From the NCBI GenBank assembly GCA_048939015.1, contig JBHLPW010000010.1, positions 25,086 through 89,085 on the forward strand: a stretch of 64,000 nucleotides of DNA. Reading direction: 5' to 3'. A model generated the notes under the pieces. That model was not told where the DNA came from and made no database searches. It saw only the letters and a list, made by a program, of their open reading frames with translations. Position 1 is the stretch's first letter. Each line of letters starts with the position of its first letter. This document shows positions 37,674-48,220 of the stretch, piece after piece. The DNA comes from Promethearchaeota archaeon (GTDB lineage: Archaea > Asgardarchaeota > Lokiarchaeia > Sigyniarchaeales > SOKP01). The position numbers and the translations under genes were made by a program.

Positions 37674-38750
37674 TTAGAGTATTTTTTTCTGAGTGTTATT
37701 TCTTTTTCCTTTTAATATTGCCATCCCCATTTCTAACACTCTGTTATAGGGTTCAACCTTATCTTTTCTCAATTCCAAACTTATCGCTTCTTCTGGGCAT
37801 ACACCAGCGCATAATCCACATCCAAGGCATAAATCTCTGTTAACTACTGCATAATCATCTAATGTAATTGCTTTAACAGGACATCGGTCAACACATGAAC
37901 CACATCCAATACAACTTTCTTGATCAATAATAGATTCAAAAATTGCATTCATATACTTTTGTTTATCATGACCAAATTTAGTCATACCTTTCATAGAGGC
38001 ACAACAACACGGACAACAGTTGCAAATGTTAGATAAATGCTTTGAGTTAGCACTGGCATGAACTAAACCAGACTTATCAGCTTCTTCTATGATCTTAATA
38101 GCTTCTTCTGCGGTAATTTCTCTTCCTATTCCATTTTCAATGTAATAATCTGCGGCAACACCAAAACTGAGACATGTTTCAATAGGGTGATTGCATCCCT
38201 CTCCAGTTAATCTCGCTTCTTTCCTGCATATGCATTCTGTAACAGAAATCTTTCTCGAATTCCTAATGCTTTCTTTAAGCATTTGATAAGGTAATAGTGT
38301 CGTGTTAGTTTCTATTGTTTCTTCTATTGGAATAACCTTAAATCCAGGCACATTACTTGAACCCATTTCATCAAGATATGTAATGTCGTAATATTCTTTA
38401 AAGAGCTTTGCGAGATCCTTGTCAATTTTTTTTACAGAGTATTCATATAACCCAATCATAAAAGGTGCTGAATTGTAAAGGGTTTTACCTTCTCTTCGAA
38501 TTCTAAAAACCAGTCCCTTTTTTGACATTGATTCCAACTCCACTTCTAATTCTTTTTCATTGATGTTGTTTCTTCTGGCAATTCGCTTAGCTGATTCAGG
38601 GGTAGGTGTCAAAAATGTCGCAATTCTCGCTTCATGCTCAGTAAAAAGTCTTTTTAAAATCTTAATTTCAACACCAGTAGGTGTTTCTGGAAAACCTAGT
38701 GGAAATTGATTCAGAAATTCCCTTAATTTTAAGTATACTTCATCAGACAT
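37674..38750 (-). CDS. 4Fe-4S binding protein with N-terminal winged-helix-like region and Cys-rich middle domain
   Basis: ILKRLFTEHEA, CICRK...C...C, ICNCCPCCC, CIGCGSCVDRCP, CLGCGLCAGVCP. Confidence 0.8.
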   Translation of the reverse strand: MSDEVYLKLREFLNQFPLGFPETPTGVEIKILKRLFTEHEARIATFLTPTPESAKRIARRNNINEKELEVELESMSKKGLVFRIRREGKTLYNSAPFMIGLYEYSVKKIDKDLAKLFKEYYDITYLDEMGSSNVPGFKVIPIEETIETNTTLLPYQMLKESIRNSRKISVTECICRKEARLTGEGCNHPIETCLSFGVAADYYIENGIGREITAEEAIKIIEEADKSGLVHASANSKHLSNICNCCPCCCASMKGMTKFGHDKQKYMNAIFESIIDQESCIGCGSCVDRCPVKAITLDDYAVVNRDLCLGCGLCAGVCPEEAISLELRKDKVEPYNRVLEMGMAILKGKRNNTQKKIL

Positions 38751-38850
38751 TAATTTTTACTCCGTTGATAAAATCTGAAAATGTTATATTTTAATATATC
38801 ACTTATACCCTATCAATATTATTAGATTTAATAATTTAAAGGTAAATCCA

Positions 38851-40116
38851 ATGGTGTCAGAATTTGACCAAAATCTAGAAAAGTATGTAGATGTAATATT
38901 AAAAGTGGGTATTAATCTCCAAAAGGGGCAACGACTGTTGATTACACCACATGGTGGTTTTAATGCATCCCTTATTGATATAGCCCCATTTATCAAATTA
39001 ATTGCGAAGAAAGCATATCAATTGGGTGCTAGATTTGTCGAAGTATTATGGAATGATCTTCAATTACATTTAATTAGACTCCAGCATGCCCCACATGATT
39101 CTTTTGAAGAATTTCCCATATGGCGACGAGATGCCTACCTTGAGTTTATTCAAAATGCTGACGCAGGACTTAGTATAATGGCCTCAGATCCTAACATTTT
39201 CAGCGATCAAGATCCCGAGCTAATGACAACCATAATAAATACAAGGTCAAAACACTTGAAACCTGTTTCTGTTCTTTTAAACCAAAAAAAAGCAACAAAT
39301 TGGTCAGTTTTTACAGTTCCTATAGATGGTTGGGCTAAAAAAATTTTCCCTGATCTTCCTTCTGATAAAGGACTAGCAAAATTATGGGATGAAATTTTTA
39401 ATATTTGTCGTATAAAGCAAAAAGACCCCATTTCAGCTTGGAATAAACATATTAATCATCTTATTGCTAGAAGCAATTATTTAAATAAGAAACAATACAC
39501 AAGTTTGGAATTAAGAGCTCCAGGTACAGATCTAAAAATTGGTTTACCTGAGGGGCATATTTGGAAGGGTGGAAAGTCTACAAGTCAAAAGGAGATAGAT
39601 ATAGTAGGCAATATCCCAACAGAGGAGGTTTATACTCTTCCGCATAAGGATATGACAGAAGGTACAGTAAAAATGACAAAACCTCTTAATTACAGAGGTT
39701 TTTTAATTGAAGATATTAAAATATCATTTTCAAAAGGAAAAATTGTAGATATAACAGCAAGTAAAGGGAAGAAATTTTTAGATAAAACAGTAAAAACTGA
39801 TGGAGGCGCCAGTCAATTAGGAGAAATTGCATTAGTTCCACATAGTTCACCAATATCACAATCTAATATACTCTTTTACAATGGATTAATCGATGAAAAT
39901 GCTTCTTGTCATATTGCTTTAGGTTTTGCTTATAGATCTAGTTTGAAAAAGGGGAAAGACATGTCTGATGAGGAATTTATGGCCGCTGGGGGAAATGTGA
40001 GTCTTATTCATATCGATTTCATGATTGGTTCGGGGAAAATGGATGTTGATGGAATCAATAAAGATGGTGAAGTTGAACCAATTATGCGAAAAGGAGAATG
40101 GGCTTTTGAGGTATAA
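38851..40116 (+). CDS. M29 aminopeptidase, paralog 3 (full catalytic set)
   Basis: NIPTEEVYT, LGEIALV, DENASCHIALGFAY, HIDFMIG. Confidence 0.9.
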   Translation: MVSEFDQNLEKYVDVILKVGINLQKGQRLLITPHGGFNASLIDIAPFIKLIAKKAYQLGARFVEVLWNDLQLHLIRLQHAPHDSFEEFPIWRRDAYLEFIQNADAGLSIMASDPNIFSDQDPELMTTIINTRSKHLKPVSVLLNQKKATNWSVFTVPIDGWAKKIFPDLPSDKGLAKLWDEIFNICRIKQKDPISAWNKHINHLIARSNYLNKKQYTSLELRAPGTDLKIGLPEGHIWKGGKSTSQKEIDIVGNIPTEEVYTLPHKDMTEGTVKMTKPLNYRGFLIEDIKISFSKGKIVDITASKGKKFLDKTVKTDGGASQLGEIALVPHSSPISQSNILFYNGLIDENASCHIALGFAYRSSLKKGKDMSDEEFMAAGGNVSLIHIDFMIGSGKMDVDGINKDGEVEPIMRKGEWAFEV

Positions 40117-40127
40117 ATTGTATTGAT

Positions 40128-40400
40128 TTAAATTAATTCTTCTGGATCAATTTCATTATTTTTTCGCCTAATAAAAATAGTTCGTAAACTATCAAAATCA
40201 GCTTTAAAACATGTTTGACACACCTCATGTTCATCAGGAGTGGCAGGTTCAACACGAACTTCATATCCAATTGATTCATATAGTTCTACATACTCAACAA
40301 CTCTACTTTCTTCGACTGTGAATCCCCTCTCCCAATCTTTTCCTCTAAAGGGTATCTCCTTATCTTTTTCTTCTTTAGGTTTTTTTTTTTTAGATACCAT
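40128..40400 (-). CDS. Small CxxC protein divergent from the benzoyl-CoA operon
   Basis: WERGF...ELYESIGYEVRVEP...CQTC; ATG with AGGA RBS. Confidence 0.7.
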   Translation of the reverse strand: MVSKKKKPKEEKDKEIPFRGKDWERGFTVEESRVVEYVELYESIGYEVRVEPATPDEHEVCQTCFKADFDSLRTIFIRRKNNEIDPEELI

Positions 40401-40603
40401 AGTTATTCCTTTCCTAATCTACATTAGATATTATAATAATGTCTAGTTTAAATCTTACTCTTTTTTAAAATGCGTCTGAATTATGCTTTTAGTGGTATTT
40501 TATTCCCACTAATCGATTTCTATTAACAAATTTTATATTATTTTGGAAAATTATCTTAGAATAATAATAAAAATAAAAGAAATCAAAAAAAGTAAGTTTT
40601 GAA

Positions 40604-41572
40604 GTGATTTTAATGACTTATACAAAAGAACCAAATTTTAAGCCTAAAGATCCAAAGGAATTTGATTTTAAAGAAATTATATATGAAAAGAAAGACTGGA
40701 AAGCAACTGTGACAATTAATCGTCCGGAAGTTTATAATGCTTATTCAACTCTTACGTTAATGGAAATGATTGAAGCTTTTCATGATGCTGCCTGGGATAA
40801 TAAAGTTGCTGTTATTATCTTAACAGGAGCCGGTGATAAAGCTTTTTGTACAGGTGGAGATGTAAAGGAATACCAAGAAAGGTTTACTGTGCAACCTGCT
40901 GAATATTGGAAATGGATGTGCATTTTTCAAGAAGCACACGACGTTTTTCGCAATATTGGAAAACCTACTATCGCAAGAATTAATGGAATTGTAGCAGGGG
41001 GAGGTAATGAATGGCAAATGGCTTGTGATTTAGCAGTTTGTGCAGATCATGCAACTATCCGACAAGTAGGAACGCGAGTAGGTTCAGTAGCTTGTGGAGG
41101 CGCTACTCAATGGCTTCCAATAATGGTTGGTGATCGTAGAGCAAGAGAAATTTTATATCTTTGCGAACCTATCTCTGCTCAGAAGGCGTTGGAGTGGGGA
41201 TTAGTAAATTCTGTTGTCCCTTATACTGAAATTGATGAAGAAGTTGATAAATATTGTCAAAAACTTATTGATAAATTTCCAGAATGTATGAGATATACAA
41301 AACAACAAGTAAATTTCTGGAAGGATCTAGTATGGCATCAGACAATTGGACATGCTAAAGATTGGTTATCAATTCATTATGCTTCTTGGGAGCCTCTTGA
41401 GGGGATGTCTGCATTTGTAGAAAAAAGACCTCCAAACTACAGAGGTGTAAGAGAAAGTTCTCATCCTGAGTTTTTATGGGGCCCTCCTTCAGTTACATGT
41501 CCTTCCTGCCAAGCAAAGAATATACCTTCAGATTTTGAGTTTTGCGGTAAATGTGGAGCAAAATTAAAATAA
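40604..41572 (+). CDS. oah: 6-oxocyclohex-1-ene-1-carbonyl-CoA hydrolase (Oah/BzdY/BamA-like) with C-terminal zinc ribbon
   Basis: Crotonase fold with YNAY, AFCTGGD.KEY, GGGNEWQMACD, GSVACGGATQWLP, KFPECMRYTK; first gene of the bzd operon; ATG at 40613 is a likely start. Confidence 0.82.
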   Translation: MILMTYTKEPNFKPKDPKEFDFKEIIYEKKDWKATVTINRPEVYNAYSTLTLMEMIEAFHDAAWDNKVAVIILTGAGDKAFCTGGDVKEYQERFTVQPAEYWKWMCIFQEAHDVFRNIGKPTIARINGIVAGGGNEWQMACDLAVCADHATIRQVGTRVGSVACGGATQWLPIMVGDRRAREILYLCEPISAQKALEWGLVNSVVPYTEIDEEVDKYCQKLIDKFPECMRYTKQQVNFWKDLVWHQTIGHAKDWLSIHYASWEPLEGMSAFVEKRPPNYRGVRESSHPEFLWGPPSVTCPSCQAKNIPSDFEFCGKCGAKLK

Positions 41573-41634
41573 ATAAAGTCAAATTTTTTTATTAAAAAAT
41601 GAATTAAAATAAAGTAAAAAGAAAATTAACTAAG

Positions 41635-42417
41635 TTGAGTGAAAGCTATTTGACAAATGATTTAATTATTGTTGAAAAAATCAAAAATATTGGGAAAATA
41701 ATATTCAACAATGGTTCATTAAACATTTTAACAATAGAAATGATGGAGAAAATAAATAGAGCTCTAGACGATTTTCTCGAGGATGAATCATTAAAAGCGG
41801 TTATTTTTGAACATTATGGGAAAGCTTTTTCTGCTGGCGTTGATATCGGTGATCATATGGGTGATAAAGCTTCCAAAATGATCAAAGAATTCCATGGAAT
41901 TTTTAGAAGGCTTATTAAGTTAAAATGTCCAACAATAGCGAGTGTTAAAGGTGCTGCACTTGGTGGTGGATGTGAAATCGCTATTTTTTGTGATATGGTT
42001 CTTTCTTCAGATAAAGCAAAATTTGGACAACCAGAAATAAAAGTTGGAGTGTTTCCACCTATAGCAATATTAACATTTCCTGAAATCATTGGAAATAAAA
42101 AAGCTTTTGAACTTATCATGTTAGGAGAAACCATTGATGCTAAAGAGGCATATAGACTGGGAATTTCTAATCAAATCTTTCCGATAGAAACATATGATCA
42201 AGAGTTTACTAAATTTATTGAATCTTTTGATGGTTTAAGTTCTATTGTATTACAATACACGAATAAAGCATTCAAAAAAGCTTTAGGAATCGATTTTGAG
42301 ACTAAAATAGATGATATTGAAGACTTTTATCTTAAGGAATTAATGTCAACGCATGATGCGAACGAAGGCTTACAAGCCTTCTTAGAGAAAAGATCACCTA
42401 ATTGGCAAAATCGTTAA
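41635..42417 (+). CDS. dch: Cyclohexa-1,5-diene-1-carbonyl-CoA hydratase (Dch/BzdW)
   Basis: FSAGVDIGDH, LGGGCE, GQPEIKVGVFPP, YLKELMSTHDANEG; operon context. Confidence 0.85.
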   Translation: MSESYLTNDLIIVEKIKNIGKIIFNNGSLNILTIEMMEKINRALDDFLEDESLKAVIFEHYGKAFSAGVDIGDHMGDKASKMIKEFHGIFRRLIKLKCPTIASVKGAALGGGCEIAIFCDMVLSSDKAKFGQPEIKVGVFPPIAILTFPEIIGNKKAFELIMLGETIDAKEAYRLGISNQIFPIETYDQEFTKFIESFDGLSSIVLQYTNKAFKKALGIDFETKIDDIEDFYLKELMSTHDANEGLQAFLEKRSPNWQNR

Positions 42418-42485
42418 TTTTCTTAAATTTAATAAGGATTATGTTTAAATTTTAATAGTAATAAAACAAAATGTAGGAAATTGAG

Positions 42486-43532
42486 ATGAAAGCAGCCATT
42501 TTTGAAAAGGTTAAGGAACCTTTAAGAGTGGATAATAATTATCCTGACTCTAATATTTCAGGTGAGTTAGGACAAGCTATAGTAGAAATTGAAGCATGTG
42601 GAGTATGTCATACTGATTTTGGTTATTTAGAACATGGTGTACCCACAGTTAAACAGCCTCCTCTTATTTTAGGTCACGAAATATCAGGACGTATTAAAGA
42701 GATTAGTGAAGATGTTAAAAATTTCAAAATTGGAGACCACGTAATTATTCCCGCAGTGCTTTCTTGTGGTTATTGTGTTAATTGTAGAACAGGTAGAGAG
42801 AATATTTGTCTTAATCAGATAATGTTAGGAAATCATATTGATGGAGGATTTGCTGAGCAAATTAAGGTTCCTATAAAAGATGTAGTGCATCTACCGACTG
42901 AAATGTCCTTAGAAGAAAGTTGCATAATTTCAGATGCTATTTCAACACCATACCATGCAGTAAAAAATCGAGGTCAAGTAAGACCTGGCGATTGGGTGGT
43001 AGTGATTGGTTGTGGAGGAATTGGGTTAAATGTCGTCCAAAATGTAAAAGCCGCTGGTGGTTTACCCATAGCTGTTGATATTCTTCCAAAAAAATTAGAA
43101 GTTGCTAAGCAAATTGGTGCTGTAGAAACTGTTTTAGCAAAAGATAAGGATGAGCGGGAAATAGTTGGTGAAATTAGAAAGATAACAGGAGGAGGAGCAG
43201 ACATAGCATTTGAGGCTATAGGACATCCCGCAACTATGAAACAAGCATTTAATAGTTTACGAACTGGAGGTCGTTTAGTTGCAGTAGGGTATTCGCCAAA
43301 GCGTTGGGATGGATTTGATATTGGTCGGGTCATGTTTCGAGAAATGGAAATAATGGGAAGTCTTGGTTGTCGTCCTGTCGATTACCCACATATTATTGAT
43401 TTAGTTAAGAATGGATCACTTCAAGTTAAACCATTAATTACCCACAAATTTCCACTATCAGAAATTAATGAAGCATTCGATGTAATGCGTCGAGGAGAAG
43501 GAATTAGAATTATTATTCAATGTCAAAAATAG
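42486..43532 (+). CDS. had: 6-hydroxycyclohex-1-ene-1-carbonyl-CoA dehydrogenase (Had/BzdX), Zn-dependent MDR
   Basis: CGVCHTD, GHEISG, structural Zn Cys, QIMLGNHIDGGFA, DAISTPY, GC..DYP; operon context. Confidence 0.85.
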   Translation: MKAAIFEKVKEPLRVDNNYPDSNISGELGQAIVEIEACGVCHTDFGYLEHGVPTVKQPPLILGHEISGRIKEISEDVKNFKIGDHVIIPAVLSCGYCVNCRTGRENICLNQIMLGNHIDGGFAEQIKVPIKDVVHLPTEMSLEESCIISDAISTPYHAVKNRGQVRPGDWVVVIGCGGIGLNVVQNVKAAGGLPIAVDILPKKLEVAKQIGAVETVLAKDKDEREIVGEIRKITGGGADIAFEAIGHPATMKQAFNSLRTGGRLVAVGYSPKRWDGFDIGRVMFREMEIMGSLGCRPVDYPHIIDLVKNGSLQVKPLITHKFPLSEINEAFDVMRRGEGIRIIIQCQK

Positions 43533-43599
43533 AGGTTTAATAAAATTTTTAATTTATTTTTAACTTTCCAAAATAGAATGAAACAAGGGGATATAAAGA

Positions 43600-44724
43600 T
43601 TGTTTGAACAGTTTAAAGATTGGTACGAAAATCGTCATGATTATGCAAAGAAATGGAAAGAACGTACTGGTGGAAAAGTAATAGGAACTTTCTGTACTTA
43701 CGTTCCAGAAGAGATTCTTTATGCTGCCGATATTCTACCAGTAAGAATATTAGGAAGTCATGAGCCACAAGATGTCTCTGAACCACATATTTTTGCTATG
43801 TTTTGCCCTTTCTGTCGTGATTGTTTAGCACAAGGCTTGAAGGGTAGATTTGACTATCTTGATGGGATTACTATTGCTCAAAGTTGTCTCCATATCAGGC
43901 AAGCGTTTACAAGTTGGGATCTTCACATTCCTGTGGATTTTAGTTATTATTTACCACATCCAATGAATGTTCAGAGTCCTCATGCTGTTCCTTATTTAAC
44001 AGAAGAATTAAAAGCTTTCAAGAAAGCAATTGAAGAATGGACAGGGAAGGAAATAACTGATGAAGATCTCAAACGAGGAATAGATATAATGAATAAAAAT
44101 AGAGAATTGCTGCAAAAAGTATATAAATTGAGAAAAAATCCAAATCCACCCTTAACTGGTCTTGAAGCGATGTATATGGTAGTTTCTTCACAAATGGTAG
44201 ATAAGCGAGAACATAACAAAGCTTTAGAGGAACTTCTTCAAAAACTTCCTTCAAGAACTTTAGATGAGCCTGGGGAACGATTAATGATATTAGGATCTGA
44301 AGATGATGATACTGAATTTGTAGCAATGGTTGAAGATTTAGGAGCAAGATTCGTTATTGACGATCATTGCACAGGCACTCGATATTTTAACACATTGGTT
44401 AATACAAATGGAGACATTCTGAAATCAATAGCAGAGAGGTACGTGAAACGTATACCTTGTCCAAGTAAAGATTGGCCTGAACGTACAAGACTTGATCATA
44501 TTATTCAATTAGCTAAAGAATATGACGTGCAAGGAGTTATTATAATGCAAATGAAATTCTGTGACCCACATGAGCTAGATACTGTTGTAATAAAAGAAAC
44601 ATTTGAGAAAGATCTTGGTATACAAACATTATTTCTCGAATTTGATGTTACTGTGCCAATTGGTCAATTTAAAACACGAGTTGAGGCATTTCTCGAAATT
44701 ATAAGAGAGGAGGATCTTTTTTAA
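43600..44724 (+). CDS. bzdN: Benzoyl-CoA reductase subunit N (BcrC-equivalent), Azoarcus type
   Basis: [38 protein letters not shown] match BzdN as remembered. Confidence 0.92.
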   Translation: MFEQFKDWYENRHDYAKKWKERTGGKVIGTFCTYVPEEILYAADILPVRILGSHEPQDVSEPHIFAMFCPFCRDCLAQGLKGRFDYLDGITIAQSCLHIRQAFTSWDLHIPVDFSYYLPHPMNVQSPHAVPYLTEELKAFKKAIEEWTGKEITDEDLKRGIDIMNKNRELLQKVYKLRKNPNPPLTGLEAMYMVVSSQMVDKREHNKALEELLQKLPSRTLDEPGERLMILGSEDDDTEFVAMVEDLGARFVIDDHCTGTRYFNTLVNTNGDILKSIAERYVKRIPCPSKDWPERTRLDHIIQLAKEYDVQGVIIMQMKFCDPHELDTVVIKETFEKDLGIQTLFLEFDVTVPIGQFKTRVEAFLEIIREEDLF

Positions 44725-44732
44725 AAATAGGA

Positions 44733-46052
44733 GTGATTAATATGATGAAAACTAAATATCCAACCGAACCATTAAAATGTTGGAATAAGGCTAAAACTTT
44801 AAGAGAGAATTATTATAAAGATTTTGCTGAAGCGCATGATAAAGGGGGACTCCGTTGGGTAGGAGGAGCATGGTCTTTTGATGCTATACCCGCGGGATTA
44901 GGAGATGATGTATATTCATTAACTGGAGAACCTTATGGTGCTACAGTAGCATTCAACGATAAATTTGCTCTGGAGTGCCATGAGGCTACTGAAGCAAGAG
45001 GTTTTGCCCGAGATTTATGCTCTTATATGCGTAATTATTGGGGATCTATACTGATAAATAAATATGCATGGCCACAATTTTCAGAAGAATTCCCTAAACC
45101 TGATTTCATTTGGCAAGATCACATTTGTTGTTCACATGCTAAATGGTACCAAGTAGCAAGTGACTTGGAAGGTGGAGTTCCTATGTTTGATATTGATGTA
45201 TCTGTGGGACCTTATGAAGAGTTAACAGATCATAAAATCAATTATATCGTAGGACAGATGCATGATGGCATAAAGTGGTTAGAAAAAACTACTGGAAGAG
45301 ATTATGATGATGAATTATTAATAAAAGCCGTTAAAAATGAATTTCGCTCATGTCATTATTGGGCAGCAATATGTGAGCTTAATAAGGCAATCCCTGCCCC
45401 GTTGGACGAAAAATCTATGTATTCTTTATATGTTCTTGGAACTTTAAGAAAATCAGCTCAATGGACAGCAGACTTTTATGAAAAAGAATTATATCCAGAG
45501 GTAAAAGATCGTGTAGCACGAGGGATAGCTGCTGTTGGAAATGAAAAATGCCGAATTATGACAGACACTCAACCTCCTTGGGCTTTTTTGAGAATTTTTC
45601 GCTATTTAGAACATTATGGATGCGTTTCTATAGGGAGCCTTTACACTTTTGGTCTTATTGGGTTATGGGAAGAAAAAGATGATGGAACATGGGGTCCAAG
45701 ATCTATTCCAGATATTGAAATAACTAATAGAGATGAAGCTTTACGAGCTCTTGCTGAATGGAATTTAAGTAAACCTGAATGGCAACATTTTTATCATCCA
45801 AAACTCAAATCTGATATGATGATTAGAATCGCCAAAGAATGGAAATTGGATGGGGTTTTTCTGCACTTTAATAGAGGATGTGAAGGTTTAAGTCTCGGAA
45901 TTGCAGAAAATCGTCTCGCGATACAAAAAGCAGGGATTCCAACTATGCCATTTGAAGGAAACATGGGAGATGAGAGAGAATTTGATCTTGAGCGAACTAT
46001 GAAGCGTGTTGATGCTTTTATGGAATCCCTTGGGATAGAAAAAATAAATTAA
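44733..46052 (+). CDS. bzdO: Benzoyl-CoA reductase subunit O (BcrB-equivalent)
   Basis: [47 protein letters not shown]; true start probably ATG 44742 or 44745. Confidence 0.92.
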   Translation: MINMMKTKYPTEPLKCWNKAKTLRENYYKDFAEAHDKGGLRWVGGAWSFDAIPAGLGDDVYSLTGEPYGATVAFNDKFALECHEATEARGFARDLCSYMRNYWGSILINKYAWPQFSEEFPKPDFIWQDHICCSHAKWYQVASDLEGGVPMFDIDVSVGPYEELTDHKINYIVGQMHDGIKWLEKTTGRDYDDELLIKAVKNEFRSCHYWAAICELNKAIPAPLDEKSMYSLYVLGTLRKSAQWTADFYEKELYPEVKDRVARGIAAVGNEKCRIMTDTQPPWAFLRIFRYLEHYGCVSIGSLYTFGLIGLWEEKDDGTWGPRSIPDIEITNRDEALRALAEWNLSKPEWQHFYHPKLKSDMMIRIAKEWKLDGVFLHFNRGCEGLSLGIAENRLAIQKAGIPTMPFEGNMGDEREFDLERTMKRVDAFMESLGIEKIN

Positions 46053-46146
46053 TAATTAATTTTAGAAATTTTTTATAAAATAGAAAATATCAAGATAAAA
46101 TATATTAAAATTAAGAATTACAGAAAAGAAGAAGAAATGGTTTAAT

Positions 46147-46932
46147 ATGATAACTGTTGGCATAGATTGTGGTAGTAAAAATACTAAAGTTGTTCTTTTA
46201 AACGAAAATAAAGTTTTATCAACCGCTTCGGTATTAAGTGGTTTCGATCAAGAAGAATCAGCAGAAAAAGCGTTGAATAAGGCTCTTGAGATTGCGGGAA
46301 TAAATCGTGAAGAAGTAAAACATATTACCGTAACTGGGGCAGGAATGGAGGCAATTTCCTTTGCAGATGATAATGTTACAACAATAACTTGCGATGGGCG
46401 GGGTACCTTTTTTCTATTCCCATCAGCTCGTACTATAATTGATATAGGTGCAGAAGAAGGGTTAGTTGTAAAGCTTGGTGAAGATGGAAAAGTTAAGGAT
46501 TTTGGAATAAATGAGAAATGTGCTGCTGGAGCAGGTGCATTTATAGAAGCAATGTCAAGAGCATTAGAAGTAGACATTGAAACTATGGGAGAACTCTCCT
46601 TAAAATCAACAAAACAAATTCCTATGAATGCTCAATGTACAATCTTTGCAGAATCCGAAGTTGTTTCATTAATTCACCAAAAAACTGCTAAAGAAGATAT
46701 TATCAAAGCTGTACATGATGCAATTGCAGATAGAAATACAAGTATGGTACGTCAAATTGGTATAGAAAAAGATGTGGCGTTAATAGGTGGTGTTGCTAAC
46801 AATATTGGTTTTGTTGATGCTATGAACAAGAATTTAGGATTTGAAATCTTAGTACCAAAAGATGGTGTAGCGCCAGAATATGTTAGCGCATTAGGAGCAG
46901 CACTTGTTGCTCAAGATAAAATTGGAGGTTAA
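46147..46932 (+). CDS. bzdP: Benzoyl-CoA reductase ATP-binding subunit P (BcrD-equivalent)
   Basis: GIDCGSK, IDIGAEEG, NEKCAAGAG, MNAQCTIFAESEVVS. Confidence 0.9.
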   Translation: MITVGIDCGSKNTKVVLLNENKVLSTASVLSGFDQEESAEKALNKALEIAGINREEVKHITVTGAGMEAISFADDNVTTITCDGRGTFFLFPSARTIIDIGAEEGLVVKLGEDGKVKDFGINEKCAAGAGAFIEAMSRALEVDIETMGELSLKSTKQIPMNAQCTIFAESEVVSLIHQKTAKEDIIKAVHDAIADRNTSMVRQIGIEKDVALIGGVANNIGFVDAMNKNLGFEILVPKDGVAPEYVSALGAALVAQDKIGG

Positions 46933-46936
46933 TATT

Positions 46937-47824
46937 ATGTCAAAAACAGAATCAGAAGAAGAATATTGGAGATGGACCGAATCTCGTTATACTAATCCTG
47001 ATATAAAATGGGAAGATGGAGATATCATCTCAGCAGGAGTTGATGTTGGATCGGTCAGTACTCAAGCAGTAATTATGGTTGATGGTGAAATATATTGTTA
47101 TTCTAGTATGCGAACAGGAAGTAATAGTCCTGATAGTGCTAATAATGCAATGGATTGGGCTCTTGAAGGGACTGGATTGAATCTCGATAAGATTCAGTAT
47201 GTTGTTGGAACAGGATATGGTCGAGTTAATGTTCCTTTCGCAAAACGAGCAATTACAGAAATTGCATGTCATGCCAGAGGTGCTAACTTTATTTACGGCC
47301 CTGAAATTAGAACCGTTTTAGATATGGGTGGCCAAGATTGTAAGGCAATACGATGTGATCAACGTGGTAAGGTCACCGCATTTCTTATGAATGACAAATG
47401 TGCGGCAGGAACAGGTAGAGGGATGGAAGTATTTGCAGATTTACTTCAAGTCCATATAAATGATGTAGGAAAGATGTCTTTACAAGTTGATAAAGAACCA
47501 GAACCTGTTAGCAGCACATGTGTAGTATTTGCTAAATCAGAAGCTGTTGGATTACTTAGAAAAGGGTGGCCAAAAGAGAAAGTATTGGCTGCTTACTGTT
47601 CAGCTATGGCACATCGCGTAGTAACTCTTTTATTACGACTTGGAATAGAAGAAAAATTTGCAATTACTGGTGGAATTGCTAAAAACATTGGTGTTGTCAA
47701 GAGAATCGAAGATGAACTGAAACTCAAAGCCCCTGAACCTAGTATTGATCCTCAACTTGCAGGAGCCATTGGTGCTGCTTTGTTTGCTAAAGCTCTCGTT
47801 GAAAAAGAACGAAAAAAAGCTTAA
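46937..47824 (+). CDS. bzdQ: Benzoyl-CoA reductase ATP-binding subunit Q (BcrA-equivalent); start revised to ATG 46937
   Basis: YWRW, GVDVGSVS, GTGYGRVNVPFA, EIACHARGAN, DMGGQDCK, NDKCAAGTGRG; GGAGGT RBS before 46937. Confidence 0.92.
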   Translation: MSKTESEEEYWRWTESRYTNPDIKWEDGDIISAGVDVGSVSTQAVIMVDGEIYCYSSMRTGSNSPDSANNAMDWALEGTGLNLDKIQYVVGTGYGRVNVPFAKRAITEIACHARGANFIYGPEIRTVLDMGGQDCKAIRCDQRGKVTAFLMNDKCAAGTGRGMEVFADLLQVHINDVGKMSLQVDKEPEPVSSTCVVFAKSEAVGLLRKGWPKEKVLAAYCSAMAHRVVTLLLRLGIEEKFAITGGIAKNIGVVKRIEDELKLKAPEPSIDPQLAGAIGAALFAKALVEKERKKA

Positions 47825-47862
47825 ATTTATTTTAAATTAAATAAAAAAAAGAAGGGAAGTTA

Positions 47863-48150
47863 ATGACAAAAGCTAATTATGGCTACAAGGACGGTTCTGG
47901 AGAATTTTTTATCACTATCGATACAGAATTGTGTAACTCATGCGGAAAATGTGTAGAAGTTTGCCCTGCAGGAGTTCTCGAAATGGCCGAAGATGAATTA
48001 GATCCTTTAGGAGATGAAATAATAGCAACTGTATCTGAAGAACACCGCAAGAAAATAAAATACTCATGTGCTCCATGCAAAGGTGGTGAAACAAATGATT
48101 TACCTTGTGTGAAAGCATGTGAATCTGAAGCAATAGAACACTCTTGGTAA
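47863..48150 (+). CDS. bzdM: 2x[4Fe-4S] ferredoxin (BzdM-like BCR electron donor)
   Basis: ANYGYKDGSGEFFITIDT N-terminus, CNSCGKCVEVCP and an extended CAPC-x9-CVKAC motif. Confidence 0.85.
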   Translation: MTKANYGYKDGSGEFFITIDTELCNSCGKCVEVCPAGVLEMAEDELDPLGDEIIATVSEEHRKKIKYSCAPCKGGETNDLPCVKACESEAIEHSW

Positions 48151-48220
48151 CCTATTTATATTACAATCATCTCATTTTGATATAAGAAAAAAAGGACATT
48201 GATTAATGCTTATTTTAGTT

